A stretch of 64,000 bases of DNA. Origin: Escherichia phage LF82-4. Positions 1 through 11,408 of this stretch are shown in pieces. The stretch is taken from the sequence record PV660448. One strand, written 5' to 3'. The notes below the pieces were generated by a model. The model was not told the origin of the DNA. It saw only the letters and a list, made by a program, of their open reading frames with translations, and did no database searches. The position numbers and the translations under genes were made by a program. Every line of letters begins with the position of its first letter. Position 1 is the stretch's first letter.

Positions 1-2317
<2,317 letters not shown>

Positions 2318-2344
2318 AAATAAAGCAAATTAAGAGGAATTAAA

Positions 2345-4324
2345 ATGGCACTTCTCTCTCCGGGCGTTGAGCTCAAAGAAACTACCGTACAGAGTACTGT
2401 AGTTAATAACTCCACTGGTACTGCTGCTCTGGCTGGAAAATTCCAATGGGGCCCTGCATTCCAGATTAAACAAATCACTGATGAAGTTGCATTGGTTGAT
2501 ATGTTTGGTACTCCTAATACGGATACGGCAGATTATTTCATGTCTGCTATGAACTTCCTTCAATACGGTAATGACCTTCGTGTTGTACGCGCAGTTGATC
2601 GTGATACTGCTAAGAACTCATCTCCTGTAGCAGGCAATATCGAATTCACAATCTCAGCTGCAGGTAGTAACTATGCTGTTGGTGATAAAATTATCGTTAA
2701 GTATTTGTCCGAAACTGTTGAAGCAGATGGTTATGTCACTTCAGTTGATGTCGATGGTAAAATCCTTAACATTTATATCCCAACCGGTAAAATTATTGCT
2801 CGTGCAAAAGAAATTAATGAATATCCGGCATTAGGTTCTAACTGGACCGCCGAAGTTGCCAGTTCTTCTGGACTCTCTGGCGTTATTACAATTGGTTCTA
2901 TCGTAACCGATTCAGGTATTCTGTTGACTGAAGTTGAAACTTCAGAAGAAGCTATTACTTCTCTAACTTTCCAAGAATCTATTAAAAAATATGGTGTCCC
3001 AGGCGTAGTTGCTCTTTATCCTGGTGAACTTGGCGACCGGCTCGAAATTGAAATCGTATCTAAAGCAGACTATGACAAAGGTGCTTCAGCCCAGTTAAAA
3101 ATTTATCCTGATGGTGGTACTCGCGCATCTACTGCTAAAGCAATCTTTGGGTATGGCCCACAAACTGATGACCAATATGCGATTATCGTTCGTCGTAACG
3201 ATGCTGTAGTCCAGAGTGTAGTTCTTTCTACTAAACGCGGTGAACGCGATATTTATGGTAGTAATATCTTTATTGATGATTTCTTTGCTAAAGGCGCAAG
3301 CAATTATATTTTCGCTACTGCACAAGGTTGGCCAAAAGGTTTCTCTGGTGTAATCAAACTGAGTGGTGGCTTATCATCTAATGAAACGGTTGACGCTGGT
3401 GATTTAATGGAAGCTTGGGATTTGTTTGCGGACCGCGAATCTGTTAATGCGCAGTTGTTTATTGCCGGTTCTTGTGCAGGTGAATCTTTAGAAGTTGCTT
3501 CTACAGTTCAGAAACATGTTGTAGCAATTGGTGATTCTCGACAAGATTGCTTGGTTCTTTGCTCACCACCACGTGCAACTATAGTCGGTATTCCTGTTAA
3601 TCGTGCAGTTGATAATCTGGTTGATTGGCGTACTGCATCAGGATCTTACACTGATAATAACTTTAATGTAAGTTCTACTTATGCTGCTATTGACGGTAAC
3701 TATAAATATCAATACGACAAATATAACGATGTGAATCGTTGGGTTCCGTTAGCTGCTGATATTGCCGGTCTTTGTGCTCGCACAGACAATATTTCTCAGC
3801 CTTGGATGTCTCCGGCCGGTTATAACCGTGGACAAATTCTTAACGTTATTAAGCTTGCAATTGAAACTCGTCAACCACAACGTGATCGTTTGTATCAGGA
3901 AGCTATTAACCCTGTTACTGGTACCGGTGGTGACGGATATGTTCTGTACGGCGATAAAACTGCCACTTCCGTTCCTTCACCATTTGACCGTATTAACGTT
4001 CGTCGTTTGTTCAATATGGTTAAAACGAACATTGGTTCAGCATCTAAATATCGCCTGTTTGAATTGAACAACGCATTTACCCGTTCTTCTTTCCGTACAG
4101 AGACTTCTCAATATCTACAGGGTATTAAAGCTCTCGGTGGTGTATATAACTTTAAAGTTGTTTGTGATACTACCAATAACACCCCAGCAGTTATCGACCG
4201 TAATGAATTTGTAGCTACTTTCTACTTACAACCCGCCCGCTCGATAAATTATATTACGTTGAACTTTGTAGCAACAGCAACTGGTGCCGATTTCGACGAA
4301 CTGATTGGTGCTGTAGGTGGTTAA
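2345..4324 (+). CDS. 18: Contractile tail sheath protein (gp18)
   Basis: 659-aa ORF (T4 gp18 length); SD AAGAGGA upstream; TATAAATA late promoter at 2310-2317. Confidence 0.96.
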   Translation: MALLSPGVELKETTVQSTVVNNSTGTAALAGKFQWGPAFQIKQITDEVALVDMFGTPNTDTADYFMSAMNFLQYGNDLRVVRAVDRDTAKNSSPVAGNIEFTISAAGSNYAVGDKIIVKYLSETVEADGYVTSVDVDGKILNIYIPTGKIIARAKEINEYPALGSNWTAEVASSSGLSGVITIGSIVTDSGILLTEVETSEEAITSLTFQESIKKYGVPGVVALYPGELGDRLEIEIVSKADYDKGASAQLKIYPDGGTRASTAKAIFGYGPQTDDQYAIIVRRNDAVVQSVVLSTKRGERDIYGSNIFIDDFFAKGASNYIFATAQGWPKGFSGVIKLSGGLSSNETVDAGDLMEAWDLFADRESVNAQLFIAGSCAGESLEVASTVQKHVVAIGDSRQDCLVLCSPPRATIVGIPVNRAVDNLVDWRTASGSYTDNNFNVSSTYAAIDGNYKYQYDKYNDVNRWVPLAADIAGLCARTDNISQPWMSPAGYNRGQILNVIKLAIETRQPQRDRLYQEAINPVTGTGGDGYVLYGDKTATSVPSPFDRINVRRLFNMVKTNIGSASKYRLFELNNAFTRSSFRTETSQYLQGIKALGGVYNFKVVCDTTNNTPAVIDRNEFVATFYLQPARSINYITLNFVATATGADFDELIGAVGG

Positions 4325-4335
4325 TAAGACGCCTG

Positions 4336-4357
4336 ATGGGCTATTTCGGTAGCCCAT
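4336..4357 (+). terminator. Stem-loop after gene 18 (ATGGGCTA-UUUCGG-TAGCCCAT)
   Basis: 8-bp perfect inverted repeat; 3' arm abuts gene 19 late promoter. Confidence 0.5.
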
Positions 4358-4364
4358 ATAAATA
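4357..4364 (+). promoter_or_regulatory. Late promoter TATAAATA (gene 19)
   Basis: Exact TATAAATA abutting the post-gene-18 hairpin. Confidence 0.75.
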
Positions 4365-4436
4365 TACTATATCGTTTAAAAATTAATTCTATGGGCATCT
4401 GGTTAATCCTAAGCCCATATTACTACAGAGGCTAAT

Positions 4437-4928
4437 ATGTTTGTAGATGATGTAACTCGCGCCTTCGAATCTGGTGATTTCGCTCGCCCTAACCTGTTCG
4501 AAGTAGAAATCTCTTATCTTGGGCAAAACTTTAGCTTCCAGTGTCGTGCTACGGCTCTTCCTGCTGCAATTGTTGAAAAGGTTCCTGTTTCTTATATGAA
4601 CCGTAAAATTAACGTGGCCGGTGATCGTACATTCGATGATTGGACTATTACAGTAATGAACGACGATGCTCATAGTATTCGTCAGAAATTTGTTGATTGG
4701 CAAGGTATTGCAGCAGGACAAGGTAATGAAATTACCGGTGGTAAACCTGCTGAATATAAAAAGACTGCTATCGTTCGTCAATTTGCTCGTGATGCTAAAA
4801 CTGTCACTAAAGAAGTTGAAATTGTTGGCTTGTGGCCTACTAACGTTGGTGAAGTATCTCTTGACTGGGACAGCAATAACGAGATTGAAACGTTCGAAGT
4901 AACTCTTGCTCTTGATTGGTGGGAATAA
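4437..4928 (+). CDS. 19: Tail tube protein (gp19)
   Basis: 163-aa ORF; position after sheath gene; late promoter at 4357-4364. Confidence 0.94.
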   Translation: MFVDDVTRAFESGDFARPNLFEVEISYLGQNFSFQCRATALPAAIVEKVPVSYMNRKINVAGDRTFDDWTITVMNDDAHSIRQKFVDWQGIAAGQGNEITGGKPAEYKKTAIVRQFARDAKTVTKEVEIVGLWPTNVGEVSLDWDSNNEIETFEVTLALDWWE

Positions 4929-4934
4929 TCTGGT

Positions 4935-4950
4935 TGGGGAGAAATCCCCA
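4935..4950 (+). terminator. Stem-loop after gene 19 (TGGGGA-GAAA-TCCCCA)
   Basis: 6-bp stem, GNRA-type loop, upstream of gene 20 late promoter. Confidence 0.45.
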
Positions 4951-4976
4951 GCTTCCCGTGATGACGGAGAAGTCCA

Positions 4977-4984
4977 TATAAATA
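4977..4984 (+). promoter_or_regulatory. Late promoter TATAAATA (gene 20)
   Basis: Exact TATAAATA ~30 nt upstream of gene 20. Confidence 0.75.
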
Positions 4985-5012
4985 TAACTATAATTCCCAT
5001 TCGGAGAATACA

Positions 5013-6584
5013 ATGAAATTTAATATCTTAAGTTTGTTTGCTCCATGGGCAAAAATGGACGAACGTGATTACAAAGACCAAGAAAAAGAAAATTTAGAAT
5101 CGATCACCACACCAAAATTGGACGACGGTGCGAAAGAATACGAAGTATCTGAAAATGAAGCACAGCAAACATATAATGCTATGTTTCAGAGAATGTTCGG
5201 TAGTCAAGAACCAGGGCTCAAATCAACCCGTGAATTAATCGATACGTATCGAAATTTGATGACGAACTATGAAGTGGATAATGCAGTCTCTGAAATAGTT
5301 TCCGATGCTATCGTATATGAAGATGATACAGAAGTCGTTTCTATAAATTTAGACAACACAAAATTTAGTCCAAATATCAAATCAATGATGTTGGATGAAT
5401 TTAACGAAGTGTTAAATCATTTATCTTTCCAACGTAAAGGTTCAGACCATTTTAGACGTTGGTATGTGGATTCTCGAATTTTCTTCCATAAAATTATTGA
5501 CCCTAAACGCCCTAAAGAAGGTATTAAAGAGCTTCGTCGTTTAGACCCACGTCAAGTTCAATATGTCCGTGAAGTTATTACAACCACTGAAGCCGGTGTT
5601 AAAATAGTCAAGGGTTATAAAGAATATTTCATTTATGACACATCACACGAATCTTATGCTTGTGATGGTCGCATATATGAAGCTGGCACAAAAATAAAAA
5701 TCCCTAAAGCCGCGATTGTTTATGCCCATTCTGGTTTAGTTGATTGTTGTGGTAAAAATATCATTGGTTATTTGCATCGGGCTATTAAGCCGGCGAACCA
5801 ATTAAAACTTCTTGAAGATGCTGTTGTAATTTATCGTATTACTCGTGCTCCCGATCGTCGTGTATGGTACGTTGATACAGGTAATATGCCTTCAAGAAAA
5901 GCAGCAGAACATATGCAACATGTTATGAATACGATGAAAAACCGTATTGCATATGATGCTACTACAGGCAAGATTAAAAACCAGCAGCATATTATGTCGA
6001 TGACCGAAGATTATTGGTTACAACGACGTGATGGTAAAGCAGTAACAGAAGTTGATACATTACCGGGTGCAGATAATACCGGAAATATGGAAGATGTACG
6101 TTGGTTCCGTAATGCGCTTTATATGGCTTTACGTATTCCTATTACCCGTATTCCAAGTGACCAAGGTGGTATACAGTTTGATGCTGGTACTTCTATTACA
6201 CGAGATGAATTGTCATTTGGTAAATTTATTCGTGAGCTGCAACATAAATTTGAAGAGATATTCCTAGACCCGCTTAAAACTAATTTAATTCTTAAAGGAA
6301 TTATTACAGAAGATGAGTGGAATGATGAAATAAATAATATTAAGATAAAATTTCATCGGGATAGTTATTTCTCGGAATTAAAGGATGCTGAGATTCTGGA
6401 GCGTCGCATTAATATGCTTCAGATGGCCGAACCATTTATTGGTAAATATATTTCTCACAGAACAGCTATGAAAGATATTCTTCAGATGTCTGACGAGGAA
6501 ATTGAACAAGAGGCTAAGCAAATTGAAGAAGAGTCGAAAGAGGCTCGTTTCCAAGACCCCGACCAAGAACAAGAGGATTTTTAA
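5013..6584 (+). CDS. 20: Portal vertex protein (gp20)
   Basis: 523-aa ORF, T4 gp20-like; late promoter at 4977-4984. Confidence 0.95.
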   Translation: MKFNILSLFAPWAKMDERDYKDQEKENLESITTPKLDDGAKEYEVSENEAQQTYNAMFQRMFGSQEPGLKSTRELIDTYRNLMTNYEVDNAVSEIVSDAIVYEDDTEVVSINLDNTKFSPNIKSMMLDEFNEVLNHLSFQRKGSDHFRRWYVDSRIFFHKIIDPKRPKEGIKELRRLDPRQVQYVREVITTTEAGVKIVKGYKEYFIYDTSHESYACDGRIYEAGTKIKIPKAAIVYAHSGLVDCCGKNIIGYLHRAIKPANQLKLLEDAVVIYRITRAPDRRVWYVDTGNMPSRKAAEHMQHVMNTMKNRIAYDATTGKIKNQQHIMSMTEDYWLQRRDGKAVTEVDTLPGADNTGNMEDVRWFRNALYMALRIPITRIPSDQGGIQFDAGTSITRDELSFGKFIRELQHKFEEIFLDPLKTNLILKGIITEDEWNDEINNIKIKFHRDSYFSELKDAEILERRINMLQMAEPFIGKYISHRTAMKDILQMSDEEIEQEAKQIEEESKEARFQDPDQEQEDF

Positions 6585-6823
6585 TGGACGATTTAATTCA
6601 AGCTATTAAATCAAACGACCTCGTTGCTACTCGAAAGTTTTTTGAAAGTGCAATGGCAGAAAAAACGGTTCGTTTGATTGAAGCACGCAAAGCAGAAATC
6701 GCTTCTCAATTTTTGATTGAAGGCGAAGAACCTGAAGAAGAAGAAAAGAAAGCTAAAGCTTCGGAAGACGACGCTGATGAAGGCGATGACGACGAAGACG
6801 AAGATGATGAGGACGATGAATAA
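6584..6823 (+). CDS. 67: Prohead core protein gp67 (acidic C-tail)
   Basis: 79-aa ORF with poly-Asp/Glu tail; start overlaps gene 20 stop. Confidence 0.85.
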   Translation: MDDLIQAIKSNDLVATRKFFESAMAEKTVRLIEARKAEIASQFLIEGEEPEEEEKKAKASEDDADEGDDDEDEDDEDDE

Positions 6824-7248
6824 TGTATCTTATCCCTGAATCTTATGAATTGGTACTCGAAAATGTCGAAGCACTTATTCCTGAAGCACAGGGCCGAATC
6901 GATGCATTGTCTTCTGCTCTCGATATTGACGATATAAATACTATTATCGAGAACATGCTTGAAACTGAAACGGATTTAGCTGTTGCAATGGCTTCCATTA
7001 TTAATGAAGAGCAGTTAAATGAGTTTATCGTTAAACATGTTTCTTCTCGTGGTGAAGTCACCCGCACTAAAGACCGTAAAACTCGTGAACGTAACGCGTT
7101 CCAAACAACCGGTCTTTCTAAAGCAAAACGTAGACAAATCGCTCGTAAGGTCGTTAAAGCTAAAAAAGCTAACCCTTCAGGCCAAGTTAAAGGCATGCGT
7201 AAGCGTAAAAAAGCTCTTAAACGTCGTAAAGCATTAGGATTAAGCTAA
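6823..7248 (+). CDS. 68: Prohead core protein gp68
   Basis: 141-aa ORF, basic C-terminus; overlapping stop/start with flanking genes. Confidence 0.85.
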   Translation: MYLIPESYELVLENVEALIPEAQGRIDALSSALDIDDINTIIENMLETETDLAVAMASIINEEQLNEFIVKHVSSRGEVTRTKDRKTRERNAFQTTGLSKAKRRQIARKVVKAKKANPSGQVKGMRKRKKALKRRKALGLS

Positions 7249-7889
7249 TGAATAAACCCGAGTTACTTATTGAAACTTGGGGTCAACCCGGTGAGATTAT
7301 TGATGGCGTTCCAATGTTGGAATCTCATGATGGAAAAGATTCTGGCTTAAAACCAGGGCTTTATATAGAAGGTATTTTTCTTCAGGCAGAGGTTGTTAAC
7401 CGAAATAAACGTTTATATCCTAAACGTGTTTTGGAAAAAGCCGTAAGCGACTATATTAAAGAACAAGTCGCAACCAAACAAGCCCTTGGAGAATTAAATC
7501 ATCCACCTCGTGCAAATGTTGACCCTATGCAAGCCGCTATCATTATTGAAGATATGTGGTGGAAAGGAAACGATGTATATGGACGTGCTAGAATTATTGA
7601 AGGTGACCATGGTCCCGGCGATAAATTAGCTGCTAATATACGAGCTGGTTGGATTCCAGGTGTTTCCTCTCGTGGTCTTGGTTCTTTAACTGACACCAAT
7701 AAAGGGTACCATATCGTGAACGAAGGATTTAAATTAACCGTCGGTGTAGATGCCGTATGGGGTCCTTCTGCTCCAGATGCTTGGGTTACTCCTAAACAAA
7801 TATCAGAATCAGAAAATTCGGTGGAAATCACCAAAAACAGTGCTGATGAAGCATTTAAAGCTCTCGCAGAGAGTTTAAAAGCATTATAA
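7248..7889 (+). CDS. 21: Prohead core protease (gp21)
   Basis: 213-aa ORF, T4 gp21-like N-terminus ([12 protein letters not shown]...). Confidence 0.93.
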   Translation: MNKPELLIETWGQPGEIIDGVPMLESHDGKDSGLKPGLYIEGIFLQAEVVNRNKRLYPKRVLEKAVSDYIKEQVATKQALGELNHPPRANVDPMQAAIIIEDMWWKGNDVYGRARIIEGDHGPGDKLAANIRAGWIPGVSSRGLGSLTDTNKGYHIVNEGFKLTVGVDAVWGPSAPDAWVTPKQISESENSVEITKNSADEAFKALAESLKAL

Positions 7890-7892
7890 ATA
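7885..7892 (+). promoter_or_regulatory. Late promoter TATAAATA (gene 22)
   Basis: Exact TATAAATA ~30 nt upstream of gene 22. Confidence 0.75.
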
Positions 7893-7922
7893 ATAATGTA
7901 ATCTAAACCACAGGACACTAAA

Positions 7923-8735
7923 ATGATCAAAGAACAACTTTTGAAAGAAGCTCAGAACATCGAGACTTCAGTTGCTCTTAATAGTGTTTTCGAATCAGTA
8001 GAACTGTCTCCGGACGTTAAAGCTAATTTCAGCACTGTATTCGAAGCCACCGTTAAGCAGGAAGCAGTCAAACTGGCTGAATCTCATATCAAAGCCATCG
8101 CCGAAAAGGCTGAAGAAGAAGTTGAAAAGGCCAAAGAAGATGCTGAAGAGAAAGCTGATAAAAAATTGGCTGAACAAGCTTCTAAATTCCTAGACCATCT
8201 TGCAAAAGAATGGCTCGCAGAAAACCAAATCGCAGTTGATAAAGGCATTAAAGCTGATTTGTTCGAATCCATGCTTGGTGGTCTGAAAGAACTGTTTGTT
8301 GAACATAACGTTGTTGTTCCAGAAGAATCTGTAGATGTTGTAGCAGAAATGGAAGAAGAGCTGGCCGAACATAAAGAAGAAACCGCTCGTTTGTTCGAAG
8401 AAGTTACCAAACGTGATGCATATATCAATTACGTTCAGCGTGAAACCGCTATTAATGAAAGCGTAAAAGACCTGACTGAATCTCAGAAAGAAAAAGTTAT
8501 TGGCCTGGTTGAAGGTATGGATTATTCTGACGCATTTGGTACTAAGTTAACTGCTATTGTAGAAATGGTTAAAGGTTCTACTAAAGAAGAAGCCGCTATT
8601 ACCGAAAGTATAAATACAGTTGACAATGACGCTGCCGGTCTTAATTTTGTTGCCGAAGCAGTTGACACTACCACAACTCAGGTAGAACAGAATTCTAATG
8701 TAAGTTTATATGCGAAAGTCGCATCTCGTTTCTAA
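7923..8735 (+). CDS. 22: Prohead core scaffold protein (gp22)
   Basis: 270-aa Glu/Lys/Ala-rich coiled-coil protein; late promoter at 7885-7892. Confidence 0.92.
   Translation: MIKEQLLKEAQNIETSVALNSVFESVELSPDVKANFSTVFEATVKQEAVKLAESHIKAIAEKAEEEVEKAKEDAEEKADKKLAEQASKFLDHLAKEWLAENQIAVDKGIKADLFESMLGGLKELFVEHNVVVPEESVDVVAEMEEELAEHKEETARLFEEVTKRDAYINYVQRETAINESVKDLTESQKEKVIGLVEGMDYSDAFGTKLTAIVEMVKGSTKEEAAITESINTVDNDAAGLNFVAEAVDTTTTQVEQNSNVSLYAKVASRF
8609..8616 (+). promoter_or_regulatory. Late promoter TATAAATA (gene 23), inside 3' end of gene 22
   Basis: Exact TATAAATA ~137 nt upstream of gene 23. Confidence 0.7.
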
Positions 8736-8752
8736 TTTAAAGGTTAACACAA

Positions 8753-10321
8753 ATGACTACTATCAAAACTAAAGCTCAGCTCGTAGACAAATGGAAAGAA
8801 CTGCTGGAAGGTGAAGGCCTGCCGGAAATCGCTAATAGCAAGCAGGCTATTATCGCTAAAATCTTCGAAAACCAGGAAAAAGATTTCGAAGTATCCCCTG
8901 AATATAAAGACGAGAAAATCGCTCAGGCATTTGGTTCTTTCTTGACCGAAGCTGAAATTGGTGGTGACCACGGTTATAACGCTCAGAACATCGCAGCAGG
9001 TCAAACCTCTGGTGCAGTAACCCAAATTGGGCCGGCCGTTATGGGTATGGTTCGTCGTGCTATTCCTAATCTGATCGCTTTTGATATTTGTGGTGTTCAG
9101 CCTATGAACAGCCCGACCGGTCAGGTATTTGCTCTCCGTGCAGTATATGGTAAAGACCCTATCGCTGCTGGCGCTAAAGAAGCTTTCCATCCGATGTATG
9201 CCCCAGACGCGATGTTCTCTGGTCAGGGTGCTGCTAAGAAATTCCCAGCTCTGGCTGCTGACACTACTACTGTTGTAGGTGATATCTATACTCACTTCTT
9301 CCAAGAAACTGGTACTGTATATCTGCAAGCTTCTGCTGTCGTAACACTTGATTCCGGTGCAACTGATGCAGCTAAATTAGATGCAGAAGTTAAGAAACAA
9401 ATGGAAGCTGGTGCACTGGTAGAAATCGCTGAAGGTATGGCTACTTCTATCGCTGAACTCCAGGAAGGTTTCAACGGTTCTACCGATAACCCATGGAATG
9501 AAATGGGCTTCCGTATCGATAAACAAGTTATCGAAGCTAAATCTCGCCAGCTGAAAGCTGCTTACTCTATCGAATTAGCACAAGACCTCCGTGCAGTACA
9601 CGGTATGGATGCTGATGCTGAACTGAGCGGTATTCTGGCTACAGAAATTATGCTAGAAATCAACCGTGAAGTTGTTGATTGGATTAACTACTCAGCACAG
9701 GTCGGTAAATCTGGTATGACCCTGACTCCTGGTTCTAAAGCTGGTGTATTTGACTTCCAGGACCCGATTGATATCCGTGGTGCTCGTTGGGCCGGTGAAA
9801 GCTTTAAATCTCTGTTGTTCCAGATTGATAAAGAAGCAGTTGAAATTGCTCGTCAAACCGGTCGTGGTGAAGGTAACTTCATTATCGCTTCCCGTAACGT
9901 AGTTAACGTACTGGCTTCAGTTGATACTGGTATTTCTTACGCTGCACAGGGTCTGGCTTCCGGTTTTAATACCGACACTACTAAGTCTGTATTTGCCGGT
10001 GTACTTGGTGGTAAATACCGCGTATACATCGACCAGTATGCTAAACAGGATTACTTCACCGTTGGTTACAAAGGCGCTAACGAAATGGATGCAGGTATCT
10101 ACTATGCTCCTTACGTTGCACTTACCCCACTGCGTGGTTCCGATCCTAAGAACTTCCAGCCGGTAATGGGCTTTAAAACTCGTTACGGTATCGGTGTTAA
10201 CCCGTTTGCTGAAAGTTCCCTGCAGGCTCCAGGTGCTCGCATCCAGTCCGGTATGCCGTCTATCCTGAACAGCCTTGGTAAGAACGCTTACTTTAGACGC
10301 GTCTACGTTAAAGGAATTTAA
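8753..10321 (+). CDS. 23: Major capsid protein (gp23)
   Basis: 522-aa ORF, T4 gp23-like; TATAAATA at 8609-8616 inside gene 22; hairpin terminator downstream. Confidence 0.97.
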   Translation: MTTIKTKAQLVDKWKELLEGEGLPEIANSKQAIIAKIFENQEKDFEVSPEYKDEKIAQAFGSFLTEAEIGGDHGYNAQNIAAGQTSGAVTQIGPAVMGMVRRAIPNLIAFDICGVQPMNSPTGQVFALRAVYGKDPIAAGAKEAFHPMYAPDAMFSGQGAAKKFPALAADTTTVVGDIYTHFFQETGTVYLQASAVVTLDSGATDAAKLDAEVKKQMEAGALVEIAEGMATSIAELQEGFNGSTDNPWNEMGFRIDKQVIEAKSRQLKAAYSIELAQDLRAVHGMDADAELSGILATEIMLEINREVVDWINYSAQVGKSGMTLTPGSKAGVFDFQDPIDIRGARWAGESFKSLLFQIDKEAVEIARQTGRGEGNFIIASRNVVNVLASVDTGISYAAQGLASGFNTDTTKSVFAGVLGGKYRVYIDQYAKQDYFTVGYKGANEMDAGIYYAPYVALTPLRGSDPKNFQPVMGFKTRYGIGVNPFAESSLQAPGARIQSGMPSILNSLGKNAYFRRVYVKGI

Positions 10322-10348
10322 TGCTTTAACGTTAAAATACATAACCTT

Positions 10349-10370
10349 ATGGGAGACTTCGGTCTCCCAT
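10349..10370 (+). terminator. Intrinsic terminator after gene 23 (UUCG tetraloop)
   Basis: ATGGGAGAC-TTCG-GTCTCCCAT followed by TTCTTGTTTCT. Confidence 0.7.
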
Positions 10371-10378
10371 TCTTGTTT

Positions 10379-11038
10379 CTATAGCTTAAAACAATCATCG
10401 CGTTCATTAATCCAATTTCTTATAGTTTTTGCGGATACGTTAAAGAATTCGGCAGCGTAATCGTAGTGGTTAAATTCATGACTTTTAATAGAAATATCCA
10501 CAAATACAAATTTCTTACCTTTATTAGAATTCTTTCTAATTTTTGCTTTATGCTCTTCTGATAGTTTTCTACCTTTAAGATGAGAATCTCTATTTTTATA
10601 AAACTTTTTATTTGCTATAGATTTGTTTTCTCGATGTTCTTTAGATTCTTTAGAACCTAATTTCTTTTTAGATATTTTAGCCCGAACTTCTTCAGTCATA
10701 CCAGCTTTTGTCTTTTCGGATAACATCTCACGATACCAAGGTTCCTTTAAAGCTACTATAACAGGATTACCCTTACCGCCTAAGGCTGCATTATAAGTAT
10801 CTGTTCTCATGACAAAAGCCTCGTCAACTAGTTCGGCTTCCTTAGCATACATCTCTTCAGATGTTTCGAAATTGAAAAGGATTTCCTTTTTAAAATTCTC
10901 TAAACCGTATTTCTTTATGGATTTTACTATGTTAACCCCAGAACCCATATAAGAATCGTTAACATCTGTAGTGGCATGGGCTCCAACATAAATCTTGTTA
11001 TTAATGAGATTGGTTATTTTGTAAATTAAATAATTCAT
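10379..11038 (-). CDS. segD: GIY-YIG homing endonuclease (SegD-like)
   Basis: 219 aa; N-terminal GIY-YIG module (IYKITNLINNKIYVGA...) plus repeated basic SEEHKAKI-type motifs; sits between genes 23 and 24 as segD does in T4. Confidence 0.8.
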   Translation of the reverse strand: MNYLIYKITNLINNKIYVGAHATTDVNDSYMGSGVNIVKSIKKYGLENFKKEILFNFETSEEMYAKEAELVDEAFVMRTDTYNAALGGKGNPVIVALKEPWYREMLSEKTKAGMTEEVRAKISKKKLGSKESKEHRENKSIANKKFYKNRDSHLKGRKLSEEHKAKIRKNSNKGKKFVFVDISIKSHEFNHYDYAAEFFNVSAKTIRNWINERDDCFKL

Positions 11039-11041
11039 ATT

Positions 11042-11308
11042 TTACGCTGCTTTGACACGACGGTTGATGATATCACGGAAGTTGATACGATTTTCTTGGA
11101 TTTTCAGCCAGTTACCAGATTTGTCTTTGGTATGGGTAGAGTATTCACCATTCCACCAGAAGTCAGTTTCATAAGCCAGGGCTTCGTATTTCTTAACCAA
11201 TGCATTAACTGCATTACCGTTAGGATTGGTACCAAATTTTTCTACCAGGGCTTTGATATCTTTATCAAGAGCGGAAAGTGTAGTACGGATAAAGTTTAAC
11301 TTGTTCAT
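11042..11308 (-). CDS. Hypothetical 88-aa protein immediately upstream of the seg gene
   Basis: ATG with SD GAGGAG; stop 3 nt before seg start; early-promoter-like element upstream; no recognisable motif. Confidence 0.6.
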   Translation of the reverse strand: MNKLNFIRTTLSALDKDIKALVEKFGTNPNGNAVNALVKKYEALAYETDFWWNGEYSTHTKDKSGNWLKIQENRINFRDIINRRVKAA

Positions 11309-11334
11309 TTTTAATCTCCTCTGTAGTTGATAAG

Positions 11335-11368
11335 TCTATAGTATCACATACCAAATACGTTGTAAACA
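11335..11368 (-). promoter_or_regulatory. T4 early-promoter-like element (GTTTAC -35, TACTAT -10)
   Basis: Minus-strand GTTTACAACGTATTTGGTATGTGATACTATAG upstream of the 88-aa ORF. Confidence 0.55.
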
Positions 11369-11373
11369 ATCTT

Positions 11374-11381
11374 TATAAATA
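11374..11381 (+). promoter_or_regulatory. Late promoter TATAAATA (gene 24)
   Basis: Exact TATAAATA ~28 nt upstream of gene 24. Confidence 0.75.
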
Positions 11382-11408
11382 ATCTATATCACATAAGGAA
11401 AAAATGCA

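Noticed and set aside
3762-4067. 101-aa plus-strand ORF inside the tail sheath gene
   Set aside because: Alternative frame entirely within gene 18; hydrophobic low-complexity translation and no SD.
7019-7237. Lysine-rich 72-aa ORF
   Set aside because: Alternative frame embedded in gene 68; the basic composition is a frame artefact of an AAA/AAG-rich region.
8084-8428. Ser-rich 114-aa minus-strand ORF
   Set aside because: Antisense to the scaffold gene 22 (GAA/GCT-rich), with no independent signals.
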